Source: Pecten maximus (Eukaryota). Taken from it: 64,000 bases of DNA. Below, piece after piece: positions 38,701 through 53,756 of this stretch. The translations under genes and the position numbers were made by a program. Position 1 is the first letter of the stretch. Every line of letters begins with the position of its first letter. The stretch spans positions 26,226,001-26,290,000 of the forward strand of contig NC_047021.1 of the NCBI RefSeq assembly GCF_902652985.1, read 5' to 3'. The notes under the pieces are model-generated. The model was not told the origin of the DNA. It ran no database searches and saw only the letters and a list, made by a program, of their open reading frames with translations.

Positions 38701-41700
38701 ACCATTGTTTACATACATATATATGTTAATGTATATATTCAGATACACAAACGTACCAGATCGTACTGTAGATGCTTTGAGGTTTATTGGCGGGGGTTTG
38801 TGACATTAAACCTGGGAATATTCAATGATCAGGGTAACCACCTAACATCACTAATCAGCTGCCTCAAGAGTATAACGCCCGTGTCCATTGTATGGCCAAA
38901 CGGTGTAATTGCATTTACAATTGATTTTATGGAATTTAACAGGCGTCAAAACATTATCTGGTGTTTAAATGACCCACGGGTGGTCATCGGCGGTCAGTTT
39001 GGCCCATGTATTAGATGTTAAGTGTCATATACGATGTAGCTCCTGGTCATATTTACTGGCTGACTGGACACACAAACATCTGTCTGTTGACCATCCGCGC
39101 GTCAGACAACAGTGTATAAAAGGGGCTCCCATCATCTATGCACAGCAATGAGCAAGCACAAAGAAATATAGAAGTTTTCTGGTCACAGCTAAAATGCTAA
39201 ACGATGGTATATATTGTACACATAATATAGCACATATTTATTATATTAGGACTACATTTTTAGAACCAAGTTGTACGAGATATAATGCTTACCCAGCATT
39301 AACGTGACGTATTGTTTACATGAGTATGTTTTGTCATGGTACATAGTTGACATTTTAGAGTGTCGTTTAGGTTTGATGATTAAATGATATACCTTTCTCG
39401 TTTTGATAGCCTGGAATATTTCAAAAGTTACTGGCGCGTCTGAGGAATGTACTGCGTGGCTATAATATGTATGTTTTGTCGTTGTTTGTGAAACCTACAT
39501 TTATTTATGACATGATATAATAGTACGATTATTTAGTCCACACTACAGCGGTCCCCACCGAGATGTGACGATGTAGGTCTTCATTTTTTTTCTCGTCGGG
39601 GCATCTTATAATACTTAATGTAAATTGTATGTACGCAGGGATTGGCTCTGAATATATTATAAATTTAGCTTGAGGTTGATGTCTTCATCAGACATCAGTT
39701 CAACACCACATAAAAATACACGTATGATATGGTAGACAACCAACGAGGAAACCCCATCTCCCAAGTAAATCGTGCATAATGGCCAGACTATTGAGGCCTA
39801 TCCCTTCAAAACCTCGTCTCTCAGTATGTGTCTCACACGACTCTGGACATTTTGTCATACACTATGTATCTGGACAAGATTGTAGGTAGTGCATATGGAA
39901 TTCTGGACAGGGAATCGCTCCGAAATACATCTACATATTGTGTCAATATGACTGGGCTGCATGCGTTACACTGAAACCGGAAGTTGATACCATATCGATC
40001 AAGTCGGTGCGACAGGAGGTATCACACCTGGATTGATTTCCGATAGATGTCCACGCCAGATAAAAGCTCGATAACCTATAAATCACAGGATCACACACTG
40101 AGTATCATTTACACGTTTTTCTCTCGATTATACGGCGCTGTCGCCGTTATATGAGCTAAACCGGATGTGTGGAGTGTCTAGTAGCAGCCAACGTTTAAGG
40201 ACATCTAGTGTCGACTTTGCTGTGAGAAAAAACAAAACAATTGATTGACCCTGTCATTCTCAAGTCGTCATATTAAGGTACAAAAACCGATGGACAACTC
40301 AATGTTGATAGTGACAGCCACTCTGAGGTCTCCAAGAAATGAGCAAACGGTTTTAATTCCTAGAGATCATCATATCAGAGAGCAAATTTTCAGTTACCTA
40401 TAAAAACACTTTATGATCCTACAGATCCCTTCCTTTACTTTTTCGAATTCGCATCTTTTGCGTACGTTGCTTCTAACGTTCTGCCCGGACAGGTTGTATT
40501 TTGGTATCTGACGTGATAACGTAGGCGCTAGAATAAAATGTGACAGCATTGTGATTAATATCGATGCCATTTGTGGTGTGTTTCTCTGGTTTTGATAGGC
40601 TCACTTTGTTCTAGTTTGCATACAATCTGTAGACAATTAACCACTGTTTGTTACTGTTGTACAAAGGGGCGGTTCGTTCTACCAGACAGTGCAACATCTA
40701 TCTGCGATTTGTAAGGCTCGAATTACCAACAGTACAATATATAACATGTCCGTCAATTTTGATAGTACAGTTGCATTCATACCAAATCTACCAGACCTCA
40801 CTAAATGAGCGCTCAGATCGCAGTGAGCTCTCGGAAGGTTTTAATCGGTGCGTTATGCAATCCCACAACTGTACATAACAATCACCTTCTATTTTACTCT
40901 TGGAACATTCGTCACGTTTTGTATGTGACAAAATCCCCATTTAGGGTTCCAGCGTATACCGATATTACAGGGCTGGTAAATCACTATATATGACAATCGT
41001 TATGTAACCCTAATAGCGACCAGTGGCCCCAGCCGTTCTGGCGACGGAGGAGGGTCATAATGATGGATACTTCCACTTTGTTATTCAAATTCCATAATAG
41101 CTGAGCGCGCACACACGTACGTGCCCGCGGGAGATATTAATTTCATTGCCTGCACGTGTCGAGGAGCCTAATATAACAGCAATGTATTCTACAGGCCAAA
41201 TAAACACTCAGATGAAAGAATCCGTTTTTTTCTGATTACATTCAGTGATTGTAATACGGTTCATTTCTGATTTGGATGATACTATTAAACTATGTCGTTT
41301 GGCTCTACCGACGACAGATGTTATCTCGATTCTAATTGGTTGATTTGCTTTCAAAGTGGATCGACTACAGCCGTGCCCTGACATGTGTTCTCGCCTTGCT
41401 GGGGTAATGGGGGACGGGCTGAATGACGTCAGACTATTGAATTTGTCTAGTGACTAAATAGGGCAAATATTTATAATACCACAATTTAACATCGATCTTA
41501 TTCGAAAGCGGGAACACTTTTGACACATTTAATATGAAGCGCAATAAGACTGTACGTTAAACCTTACCCTTCATCCCAGTTTCCGGTACCAAGGATTTTG
41601 ATCATTCTTTTGTTTTGTATTTCTGTATAGGATTATTATTCTAACTCAGTTCAGTTTCCCAGAGAAAGGCTGTCGTGCGGGTATACAAGCCTGATTAGTT

Positions 41701-44661
41701 CTGACAACTTCCATTTTGTCATGTGTTGCCGCGACATTCCTAACAGGCGGGGATAATTCGGCAGGCGACCATTGAAAGGAACAATGCCCTCAGCCAAGAA
41801 ACAGGTTTGCACTGTGGCTCCGAACATTAACCGTACCTGCAGTTGATCCCTGTTAATTCACACGGAAACTGATACCCCAGTGTTATAAAGAGAATGGAAA
41901 GGGTAGTTGGTATTGAAAACAAAAACTACAAACAGCATATTTCGGTTGAAGTCTGACAAAGTCCACGGAAGTATCGTGATAAACAGTACGGGTGATATTA
42001 AAATGACTGGCAATGAAGGCCGCCGTGATCTAGCCAGCGACACAGTCCAACGATTAGAAGGCTATTAAAATCTAGTTATGATATGTAATTGAGCGAGTAG
42101 GGTTATTTAACTTTCTCTGTCATAATTATTCACTTCCTCTGGAGGAGTAATTCGATGGTAATTTCACAATCCGTTAATTCTCCATAAATAAAGAATAAAA
42201 TACATACATATAGATATAAACTTGTGGATGAATAAGCCACAAAGCCCTTCTACATTTGTAAACTAAATTCACTGACGTTTATGTATCGAATTTATGAATA
42301 TGTAATCTGTATTTCAAGCCGATTTCAGCCAACATCAGATGTCACCAGTGGCAGAAACCTTCAATACTGTTTTAGATGACGTTTATGAATGACTTTTTAC
42401 AGGGCTGCCAAACACAGGTGGTGACAGGTTGTACCGTGCATGGGACGTGTGTTGATATAAACACGTGTGGGAGGCATTGCGCAACATGCACGTGCATTAC
42501 AGGACAATGCATGCAGCAACTATGTGGACGTGTCTGTGGGTCGGTGGCAGGATTCTGGCTATGACTGCGTTGCGTCACATTCAAATTAATTTTGAAAGTT
42601 TCCTGATTAAACTAGTCGACAGGTAAGATATAGTGTACAGATGTCGCTAACATTATATTCTGGACGTGTACTACTGTAGGTTTTTCGCGCTCATCTGCGA
42701 GGCGGTGCCGTGGTGATGGGGTACCACACTCCAGGCGGTAACGATTTCAGCAGCCTACACAATTCACGTGCAATCACCGCCTTGACATGCTTTTGTTATT
42801 TTTGGTATGTGTGGGTACGCCCATTGTTCTAAACTCATGCTTATTTACTCTGAAGTAAGGGAACTGCACATATGGCACAGATTCCACAGCGCGGGGCCTT
42901 GGTGGGACGGAATGAGGCGACATGAACGTGGACCTCTGGGAGGTGTACGGGAATGTCGTGGAATTTTTATTTAAATAACACTAGAGTGTGGAAAGTAAGT
43001 CACGCCAATTTCTGAGCGTCAAACCCGACAAGTAACACGTGGTATTAATAATTTATAGAATGTTTCATTTGCATATATTCAGTATTAAATATATCAAGTA
43101 TTTTATTGTTCCAGTCATTAACTGGTAACGACAAAAATACTTCTTTACTTTTCCATTCACTTCCGGTTTTCATTGTAGGTCGTTTCGGTGCATTGGTTCA
43201 CAGCAGGCTGGCCGAACGTATCCCTTATGACCTTACATTAAAACAGACTTTAATGTAATAAAACTCCTCACGTTTCACAACTCGACTGAAGTCACAGATG
43301 GACTGAAGCGCGCGTGAAGCCATTAAGAGGGCAATGTCGTGTGGCGAGAGTTCCACACACAACAGCAACGACGTTCCAATCAAAGCTCAGCTCGACTTAA
43401 TAGTGATTGTTTGGTAATACTGTTTAACTATGACAGTGACACAAGCACACAGAACACCAATACTGTGGGGAAAATGTCTTATCTACTGGCTATCTTAGTG
43501 ACCTTGAGAATCCACAGAAAAGCACGTGGTAGGACGTTGACCTGATTTTACAAATATTCGATAAGGCAATTGAAACTGATATACAGTTGTATGTGCCTCG
43601 AATAATGAAGTCATTGACGCATAACCAGTGTGTTGTATATCTCGGTGTCCACAGCTAACACGTCGCCTCAATGTCATTGTTTCCAGTTATATAACTAACA
43701 GTAGTCGACCTTCAAATGTTTCAAATACTATGTAGTCCATGTATAATATCCTCACCTGTCAACGTCAACCTTGCTCGAACCTAACACACATTGCCAAACT
43801 GTACAATGTTTAACGTTACACATACATTCATTACCTAACAGACTATAACCGGATTTTAACTGTATTAATTACACACGAGGAGACGCGTGTACCGTTCAGT
43901 CTGGGATCCGTCAGGGACGTACATTCATGTCCACGAGTCCGTCAATGGATAGCACGAGAAGATAAATGTCCATTTAGCCGTTTGCCAATGTGAAGACAAC
44001 TTCCTATCCCATAGGTCCATCTCTGTCAACTTGATGACAATGCTTGACACGGAAGTTAATCGGTTGCTTTGTCACGCCTTCTGTCGAAAGACCTGGCCAT
44101 AGACAGTGACCTCTGAGGCGAAAACGTGGTAAACAAGTAAACGGTCACATTAACGATTGTATATACTTTACATACAGGTAAAGCAATGCAAAACAATTAC
44201 CGCTGGCAGGAATAAAACATTACATCACGATCTAGAGCTATATACACAGTAAATATGCACAAATGATGATAAAGAGTCTGGTTTCTCAGCATCATCAGCC
44301 ATACATATAGTACATAGAGAAAGTGACAGCGGACCACGTGGTGACCACGCCCCTCACGGACCAATAAATGTAGAACAAATGTAGAGCATGTCTTCCTTAT
44401 CGAGATACATTACCAACTCCAAGAGACCACACCACAAATCGGCAGATGTTAATGTTATCGGGTGGGGAGGGGGGTGTCAGGTTGGAATGAGGGACTTGCG
44501 AAAGACAGGTAGGAGTGAGGTGTCAATTCGCTAGAGAATGCACTTTCGTTTGAAACTTTAGAGTTATCATTGCAATTAGCATACACAGACTTTTGAATCA
44601 GAGGTAATGAAAGATATATTCATGCATACACTCATTTGAAATAATAAAGTTTTTAACCTAC

Positions 44662-44905
44662 TTTCACGCACTGTTATCCGCTCTGCACTCCTGTCGTCTG
44701 TCTTGTATACACAGTTCAGTTTGATGCTAGCCTGACCATTTTCTTTGGTCAATACCTCGCCAGAGACTACAGCGTCCGACATATATGTCATTTTCTCGAA
44801 GGGAATGACATCGGCACTCATATCTATATCCTTTTCACAACCCTGGGCCCGGACCAGACCCAAGAACAGAAGCGACGTAATCACACCCAACACTACACGA
44901 GCCAT
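44662..44905 (-). CDS. Exon 1 (coding part) of NtA/TIMP-like GPI-anchored protein: MARVVLGVITSLLFLGLVRA-QGCEKDIDMSADVIPFEKMTYMSDAVVSGEVLTKENGQASIKLNCVYKTDDRSAERITVRE
   Basis: ATG in strong context (AGCATGG). Clear 20-aa signal peptide, Cys at mature position 3, DAVVSGEV and CVYK motifs typical of NtA (agrin N-terminal)/TIMP-like OB-fold domains. Donor GAAA|GTAGGT, phase 1. Confidence 0.9.
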
Positions 44906-45672
44906 GCTGAATTGAGGTAGAGCTCCCGACACTGCCACTCAGATATATATGTAATCCACTAACAACGCTAAGGTCTGCTCTGTTTCTCTCGCGTTGCGAT
45001 AAATGGCATGCGAGTATCCGAAACTGTCCTCTGCACTGGTTGTACTGTGCCCGTTCGTAAAATATACCTTACAAACGTTCGCTGTGCTACCCTCGACAAC
45101 CGAAGAGCGACTGACGGCCCGGCACAATGCGTCCGCTCAACCTTCATTCAGAAACTACTGACAAGTCAACCATGCGTATCGATCGCGATACAGCCGAGTA
45201 ATTTTCACCACTCAGCCTTAACTTCCTCCAAGACATCTTGAAGTTGATCTTGTTGACTTCAAATAACCGCGGGACTTATTTTAATAGTAGCCAATCAATC
45301 AATAGGGATTATACCTGGGTCCTGTTGTGACAATGTTATATTAGATACAGCTCGAGCTGTTTTATTGATCCACCGTCACTGTGTCACATCTGTTGGCATA
45401 ATGGCCCTAAGTGAACAAAGACCTCCGATTTTAGTTATTGATATCGTCAAAAATTAATTAGCATCATAAAAAGGCGCGTCGCGTTCTTGTTACAAAGGTG
45501 TCGAGATCACGACTAAGTTTCCCTTTCCGTGATTCGCACGCTGAGTCAAAACAGATCGATATGTTTCAATAACATAAAATCAATTTACGGAAATCTGTCG
45601 GGAGACAAACGTATTTCATCTGCCATAATAACATCACGTCCTTTAATCTATGATATGTACTTAACTCATTTG

Positions 45673-47640
45673 TTTTACTCTATAACCTGTACTAGCATCA
45701 CGTGTTTTACTCTCTAACCTGTATTAACATCACGTGTTTTACTCTCTAACCTGTATTAACATCATGTGTTTTACTCTATAACATGTACTAACATCACGTG
45801 TTTTACTCTATAACCTGTACTAACATCACGTGTTTTACTCTATAACCTGTACTAACATCACGTGTTTTACTATATAACCTGTACTAACATCATGTGTTTT
45901 ACTCTATAACCTGTACTAACATCACGTGTTTTACTCTATAACCTGTACTAACATCACGTGTTTTACTCTATAACCTGTACTAACATCACGTGTTTTACTA
46001 TATAACCTGTACTAACATCACGTGTTTTACTCTATAACCTGAACTAACATCACGTGTTTTACTCTATAACCTGTACTAACATCACGTGTTTTACTCTATA
46101 ACCTGTACTAACATCACGTGTTTTACTATATAACCTGTACTAACATCACGTGTTTTACTATATAACCTGTACTAACTTCACGTGTTTTACTCTATAACCT
46201 GTACTAACATCATGTGTTTTACTCTATAACCTGTACTAACATCACGTGTTTTACTCTATAACCTGTACTAACATCACGTGTTTTACTCTATAACCTGTAC
46301 TAACATCACGTGCTTTACTCTATAACATGTACTAACATCACGTGTTTTACTCTATAACCTGTACTAACATCACGTGTTTTACTATATAACCTGTACTAAC
46401 ATCAGGTGTTTTACTAAATAACCTGTACTAACTTCACGTGTTTTACTCTATAACCTGTATTAACATCACGTGTTTTACTCTATAACCTGTACTAACATCA
46501 CGTGTTTTACTCTATAACCTGTACTAACATCACGTGTTTTACTCTATAACCTGTACTAACATCACGTGTTTTACTATATAACCTGTATTAACATCACGTG
46601 TTTTACTCTATAACCTGTACTAACATCACGTGTTTTACTCTATAACCTGTACTAACATCACGTGTTTTACTCTCTAACCTGTACTAACATCACGTGTTTT
46701 ACTCTATAACCTGTACTAACATCACGTGTTTTACTCTATAACCTGTATTAACATCACGTGTTTTACACTATAACCTGTACTAACATCACGTGTTTTACTC
46801 TCTAACCTGTACTAACATCGCGTGTTTTACTCTATAACCTGAAATAACATCGCGTGTTTTACTCTATAACCTGTACTAACATCACGTGTTTTACTCTATA
46901 ACCTGTATTAACATCACGTGTTTTACTATATAACCTGTATTAACATCACGTGTTTTACTATATAACCTGTACTAACATCACGTGTTTTACTCTATAACCT
47001 GTACTAACATCACGTGTTTTACTCTATAACCTGTACTAACATCACGTGTTTTACTCTATAACCTGTACTTACATCACGTGTTTTACTCTCTAACCTGTAC
47101 TAACATCGCGTGTTTTACTCTATAACCTGAAATAACATCACGTGTTTTACTATATAACCTGTACTAACATCACGTGTTTTACTATATAACCTGTACTAAC
47201 ATCACGTGTTTTACTATATAACCTGCACTAACTTCACGTGTTTTACTCTAAAACCTGTACTAACATCACGTGTTTTACTCTATAACCTGTACTTACATCA
47301 CGTGTTTTACTCTATAACCTGTACTAACATCACGTGTTTTACTCTATAACCTGTATTAACATCACGTGTTTTACTCTATAACCTGTACTAACATCACGTG
47401 TTTTACTCTATAACCTGTATTAACATCACGTGTTTTACTCTATAACCTGTACTAACATCACGTGTTTTACTCTATAACCTGTACTAACATCACGTGTTTT
47501 ACTCTATAACCTGTACTAACATCACGTGTTTTACTCTATAACCTGTACTAACATCACGTGTTTTACTCTATAACCTGTACTAACATCATGTGTTTTACTC
47601 TATAACCAGTTCTAATATAAATTGTTTTGCTCTATAACCT
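45673..47640. repeat. 32-bp minisatellite (TTTTACTCTATAACCTGTACTAACATCACGTG)n, about 61 copies, with an E-box in most units
   Basis: Period 32 (45961, 45993). Lies 0.8-2.7 kb upstream of the ATG at 44905. Confidence 0.97.
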
Positions 47641-48722
47641 GTGTATAGCTGTCAGATACTTACAAGTCTGTTTCAACCAGTATTTCATGTACTTCAGTTG
47701 ATAGATAAACAGAAATAACATTACAATAATTGTAATTGTAGGATCAGATGTGTATACAGTACACAGGCGAACAAATGATAAGGATTACCGAATTATGCGG
47801 TCCTCACAGTAGACTACAAATCTTTGGTAGAATGTGTCCAGTTCTTGTACATCTTATTGTTCCCTATAAATAGAAGACAATCACTTGTTGGATTTTGTTC
47901 TGTGATACATGCATGCCCATGTGCGCGTGTTTCCCTATCATACATGCACATGTATATTACGTACTTCACACTTTGACACCATGACGAATACTATTGACAA
48001 GTCACCTTCAAACTCTTACGTCATCAGTGAACTGTACACGACTGAGACACTGAAGCCGAAAACACAATATATATATACAGTGTATGCTCATTAAATCGCC
48101 AAAGTCGAGCTCGTCGCCAGGGAGACGGTGTTGGCTATGAGATACTGAGTATGTTAAAATCAGCGTTAATACTAATTGTTATTTTTGCAAACACAAATAT
48201 TTATTTGTCTAATTTGTTGTATCCTGTATCGTCAGTGTTTGCGTAAAATAACCTAAGGCGATATGACTGAAACCTGTTTTAGAAGTAAATCCTCGAGTCA
48301 AATATTGTCTTTTACACCGCTGTGTTAAGGTATAGGGAGCTAGGTTAGGATAGCACATTGGTCCTTTATAAACTGCCTGGGGAAGGCGACACCAGACATC
48401 GGCCACATACGTACTGAACGCTTGTCCGCCCGCAAAATGTAAATAATATTTCTCATGAACAACTGTGTTTACGAAGCAGTGACCCGCCCTAGTTTGAGTA
48501 TTTCCAGTCCGGACTCGGTGACGGATAGACGAGGCCGAGTACCGCATAATCGCTCATGAATGATTTAATTGGAAATCGATGAGTAATATTGGGCCATTTT
48601 TCCATATCGGTATATGATGGAGGATGAGATGGTCCCAGTGAGATTACAGAACCCGCTAATGACATCCTAAGTGATATGTTTGTGGATCAGCTGCAAAATC
48701 ATGTTCGTTAGCGACCTGATGA

Positions 48723-48990
48723 CTCAATCCAATGTGGTGCTTGTCCTTTTGTCTGCCTCAGTGTGTCTGGTATTTGCCATTTGTTTATAAATAAAGCCGA
48801 TCAACAATTTCAATGACAACAATATGCATGGGCTACACGCGATCGTGTCATACCTCAATCAAATGTGGTGCTTGTCCTTTTGTCTGCCTCAGTGTCTCTC
48901 GTATTTGCCATTTGTTTATAAATAAAGCCGATCACAAATTTCAATGACAGCAATATGCATGGACTACACGCGAACGTGTCATACCTCAAT
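48723..48990. repeat. 131-bp tandem duplication (2 copies)
   Basis: CTCAATC..AATGTGGTGCTTGTCCTTTT at 48723 and 48854. Confidence 0.9.
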
Positions 48991-49251
48991 GAATTTTCGT
49001 ATTGTATCATACTGTGTTTACACTTACGGGCCTCCATAGTGTGACATATATTACATATATACAGGTACTTATAATAATGGAGATACAAATGTATGCAAAC
49101 TGCAGACACAGATAGTGATCTTACATTCCTGTTAGTATAAGGTTACTAAGCTAAAAACTACTGTCAACTGGAGAAGGAGAGGTTTTTTTAACAGATGCAG
49201 AATAAGATACCTTAATGTGTATGGGATTTCTAGTATATGTGTTCATAGTAT

Positions 49252-52200
49252 GTATATAGATGTGGTGTGAGTACCTAGTGTAGATATAGATGTGGTGTGA
49301 GTACCTAGTGTAGATATAGATGTGGTGTGAGTACCTAGTGTAGATATAGATGTGGTGTGAGTACCTAGTGTAGATATAGACGTGGTGTGAGTACCTAGTG
49401 TAGATATAGACATGGTGTGAGTACCTAGTGTAGATATAGATGTGGTGTGAGTACCCAGTGTAGATATAGATGTGGTGTGAGTACCTAGTGTAGATATATA
49501 CGTGGTGTGAGTACCTAGTGTAGATATAGGCGTGGTGTGAGTACCTAGTGTAGATATAGACGTGGTGTGAGTACCCAGTGTAGATATAGATGTGGTGTGA
49601 GTACCTAGTGTAGATATAGATGTGGTGTGAGTACCTAGTGTAGATATAGATGTGGTGTGAGTACCCAGTGTAGATATAGACGTGGTGTGAGTACCCAGTA
49701 TAGATATAGACGTGGTGTGAGTACCTAGTGTATATATAGACGTGGTGTGAGTACCTAGTGTATATATAGACGTGGTGTGAGTACCTAGTGTAGATATAGA
49801 TGTGGTGTGAGTACCTAGTGTATATATAGACGTGGTGTGAGTACCTAGTGTAGATATAGATGTGGTGTGAGTACCTAGTGTAGATATAGACGTGGTGTGA
49901 GTACCTAGTGTAGATATGAATGTGGTGTGAGTACCCAGTATAGATAAAGACGTGGTGTGAGTACCTAGTGTATATATAGACGTGGTGTGAGTATCTAGTG
50001 TAGATATAGACGTGGTGTGAGTACCTAGTGTATATATAGATGTGGAGTGAGTACCCAGTGTAGATATAGACGTGGTGTGAGTACCCAGTGTAGATATAGA
50101 TGTGGTGTGATTACCTAGTGTAGATATAGATGTGATGTGAGTACCCAGTGTAGATAAAGATGTGATGTGAGTACCTAGTGTAGATATAGATGTGGTGTGA
50201 GTACCTAGTGTAGATATAGATGTGATGTGAGTACCTAGTGTAGATATAGATGTGGTGTGAGTACCTAGTGTAGATATAGACGTGGTGTGAGTACCCAGTG
50301 TAGATATAGACGTGGTGTGAGTACCTAGTGTAGATATAGACGTGGTGTGAGTACCCAGTGTAGATATAGACGTGGTGTGAGTACCTAGTGTAGATATAAT
50401 GTGGTGTGAGTACCTAGTGTAGATATAGATGTGGTGTGAGTACCTAGTGTAGATATAGACGTGGTGTGAGTACCCAGTGTAGATATAGACGTGGTGTGAG
50501 TACCTAGTGTAGATATAGATGTGGTGTGAGTACCTAGTGTAGATATAGATGTGGTGTGAGTATCTAGTGTAGATATAGACGTGGTGTGAGTACCCAGTGT
50601 AGATATAGACGTGGTGTGAGTACCTAGTGTAGATATAGATGTGGTGTGAGTACCTAGTGTAGATATAGATGTGGTGTGAGTACCTAGTGTAGATATAGAC
50701 GTGGTGTGAGTACCTAGTGTAGATATAGACGTGGTGTGACTACCCAGTGTAGATATAGACGTGGTGTGAGTACCCAGTGTAGATATAGACGTGGTGTGAG
50801 TACCCAGTGTAGATATAGACGTGGTGTGAGTACCTAGTGTAGATATAGACGTGGTGTGAGTACCTAGTGTAGATATAGACGTGGTGTGAGTATCTAGTGT
50901 AGATATAGACGTGGTGTGAGTACCCAGTGTAGATATAGATGTGGTGTGAGTACCTAGTGTAGATATAGATGTGATGTGAGTACCTAGTGTAGATATAGAT
51001 GTGATGTGAGTACCTAGTGTAGATATAGATGTGGTGTGAGTACCTAGTGTAGATATAGATGTGATGTGAGTACCTAGTGTAGATAAAGACGTGGTGTGAG
51101 TACCTAGTGTAGATATAGACGTGGTGTGAGTACCTAGTGTATATATAGATGTGGTGTGAGTATCTAGTGTATATATAGATGTGGTGTGAGTACCTAGTGT
51201 AGATATAGACGTGGTGTGAGTATCTAGTGTAGATATAGATGTGGTGTGAGTACCTAGTGTAGATATAGACGTGGTGTGAGTACCCAGTGTAGATATAGAC
51301 GTGGTGTGAGTATCTAGTGTAGATATAGATGTGGTGTGAGTACCTAGTGTAGATATAGACGTGGTGTGAGTACCCAGTGTAGATATAGATGTGATGTGAG
51401 TACCCAGTTTAGATATAGACGTGGTGTGAGTACCTAGTGTAGATATAGATGTGGTGTGAGTACCTAGTGTAGATATAGATGTGATGTGAGTACCTAGTGT
51501 AGATAAAGACGTGGTGTGAGTACCTAGTGTAGATATAGACGTGGTGTGAGTACCTAGTGTATATATAGATGTGGTGTGAGTATCTAGTGTATATATAGAT
51601 GTGGTGTGAGTACCTAGTGTAGATATAGACGTGGTGTGAGTATCTAGTGTATATATAGATGTGGTGTGAGTACCTAGTGTAGATATAGACGTAGTGTGAG
51701 TACCTAGTGTAGATATATATGTGGTGTGAGTACCTAGTGTAGATATAGATGTGGTGTGATTACCCAGTGTATATATAGATGTGATGTGAGTGCCGAGTGT
51801 AGATATAGACGTGGTGTGAGTACCTAGTGTAGATATATATGTGGTGTGAGTACCTAGTGTAGATATAGACGTGATGTGAGTACCTGGTGTAGATATAGAC
51901 GTGGTGTGAGTACCTAGTGTAGATATAGATGTGGTGTGAGTACCCAGTGTAGATATATATGTGGTGTGAGTACCCAGTGTAGATATAGACGTGGTGTGAG
52001 TACCTAGTGTAGATATAGACGTAGTGTGAGTACCTAGTGTAGATATAGACGTGGTGTGAGTACCCAGTGTAGATATAGATGTGGTGTGAGTACCTAGTGT
52101 AGATATAGATGTGGTGTGAGTACCCAGTGTAGATATAGACGTGGTACGAGTACCTAGTGTAGATATAGACGTGGTGTGAGTACCCAGTGTAGATATAGAC

Positions 52201-52527
52201 GTGGTGTGAGTACCTAGTGTAGATATAGACGTGGTGTGAGTACCTAGTGTAGATATAGACGTGGTGTGAGTACCCAGTGTAGATATAGACGTGGTGTGAG
52301 TACCTAGTGTAGATATAGATGTGGTGTGAGTACCTAGTGTAGATATATATGTCATGTGAGTACCTAGTGTAGATATAGACGTGGTGTGAGTACCTAGTGT
52401 AGATATAGACGTGGTGTGAGTACCTAGTGTAGATATAGATGTGATGTGAGTACCTAGTGTAGATATAGATGTGGTGTGAGTACACAGTGTAGATATAGAT
52501 GTGATGTGAGTGCCGAGTGTAGATATA
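49252..52527. repeat. 30-bp minisatellite (GTGTAGATATAGAYGTGGTGTGAGTACCTA)n, about 109 copies
   Basis: Exact 30-bp period visible in column alignment; a single 1-bp deletion near 50399. Confidence 0.97.
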
Positions 52528-53756
52528 AATTTATTAGGGATATAATGTGCATGCTTAAGACATAGTTGAAGTTTTTTGAAAAGTTAATTTATTGAAAATT
52601 ATTCATTCATTTATCTATTTCTTGTTATGCATGTATATTAGTTTTCAGAGATGCTGTACATGTAATTCTATAGTTACTTGTTATGATAATTGGTGGACGT
52701 ATGTCAATATATATTGGTGATGTTTTCTAAGATGGTTATTAAAAGCCTGAAACGCAAGCTATTGTAGTGGTACAGCAATATTTGTGAATCTTAAAAAGTG
52801 TTTCGAGTTCGGTGTTCAGACGACTATATTACCTCTAGTATTGTATGTAATGCTTTTAGTGTTATTACCTAGTTATAATTCAGTCTGGCCATGACAAGTT
52901 GTTTTCTGGTCACATCTTAAATACAACATTAAAAACCGGGTTTAATTATCACTGTTACTCACGCAGAATCCATTTAAATACAGTCGCACGCTCATCGGGG
53001 AAATGAATACCCCGAGAAAATCGTACAAGACATTCCCGCTACAACTTATTTATCAATATTTATTATATAAATCTGCAATAAAGCTGAGAGTCTTGTTATG
53101 GAAATCGATCAATAAACATCAGCTCTCATAAAACGGCAAGGAAAGTTAATGTGATTGTGCTGTGTTTTGTATCGGAGTCGTGCCATCTCTCTTCCTCAAC
53201 ACGTGACAGAGTTTGACATATCACGCGGACATCTCGTTCTCCCCCAGATTGTGCAGACATACACAATTAATAAATTAATTCTTTGATACGCGTTTATTTG
53301 GATTTGCGTTGTAACAATGATCCATGGCAAGATGAGAGGGAAACCTAATGTTCATGTTTCCAAATGTCCCCTGTCGGCCCCCAGCTGGAGAGCTTCTCCC
53401 AGGATCCGACGACGGCTGGACCACGTGTCGGTAAGGGCCAGTCGTCGGTCCAGAGTTGATCGGATTTACATTACCATAGTTTTATTGATTAGAAATGAAA
53501 ACTCATAAACCATATAGCTTTGACGACAGCTTTGATTTGTAAACGTTGTATTCGCCTTCATATACTTTACAGATACCTGGTCACTTCTTGTATTATCAAA
53601 TACGATTGTCTTTGAACCAGGCTCTTTAGACGTACCTATTAGAATTGGATGCTAAATATCAAACACTTGATCAATATGTGATAATAGACTGGAATCAGGT
53701 TGGGATTGCTTTGTTAAAAAATGTAAAAATTCGTCACATCACACATTCGTAATGAA

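Noticed and set aside
40392-40410. Possible recursive splice site (gtttttatag|gtaact) in the long intron
   Set aside because: Weak donor lacking +5 G and a short pyrimidine tract; expected by chance in 28 kb.
50385-52355. 656-aa Thr/Ser-rich mucin-like ORF (TSISTLGTHT)n
   Set aside because: It lies entirely within a 30-bp minisatellite, has no unique flanking coding sequence or signal peptide, and ends at a 1-bp deletion mid-array.
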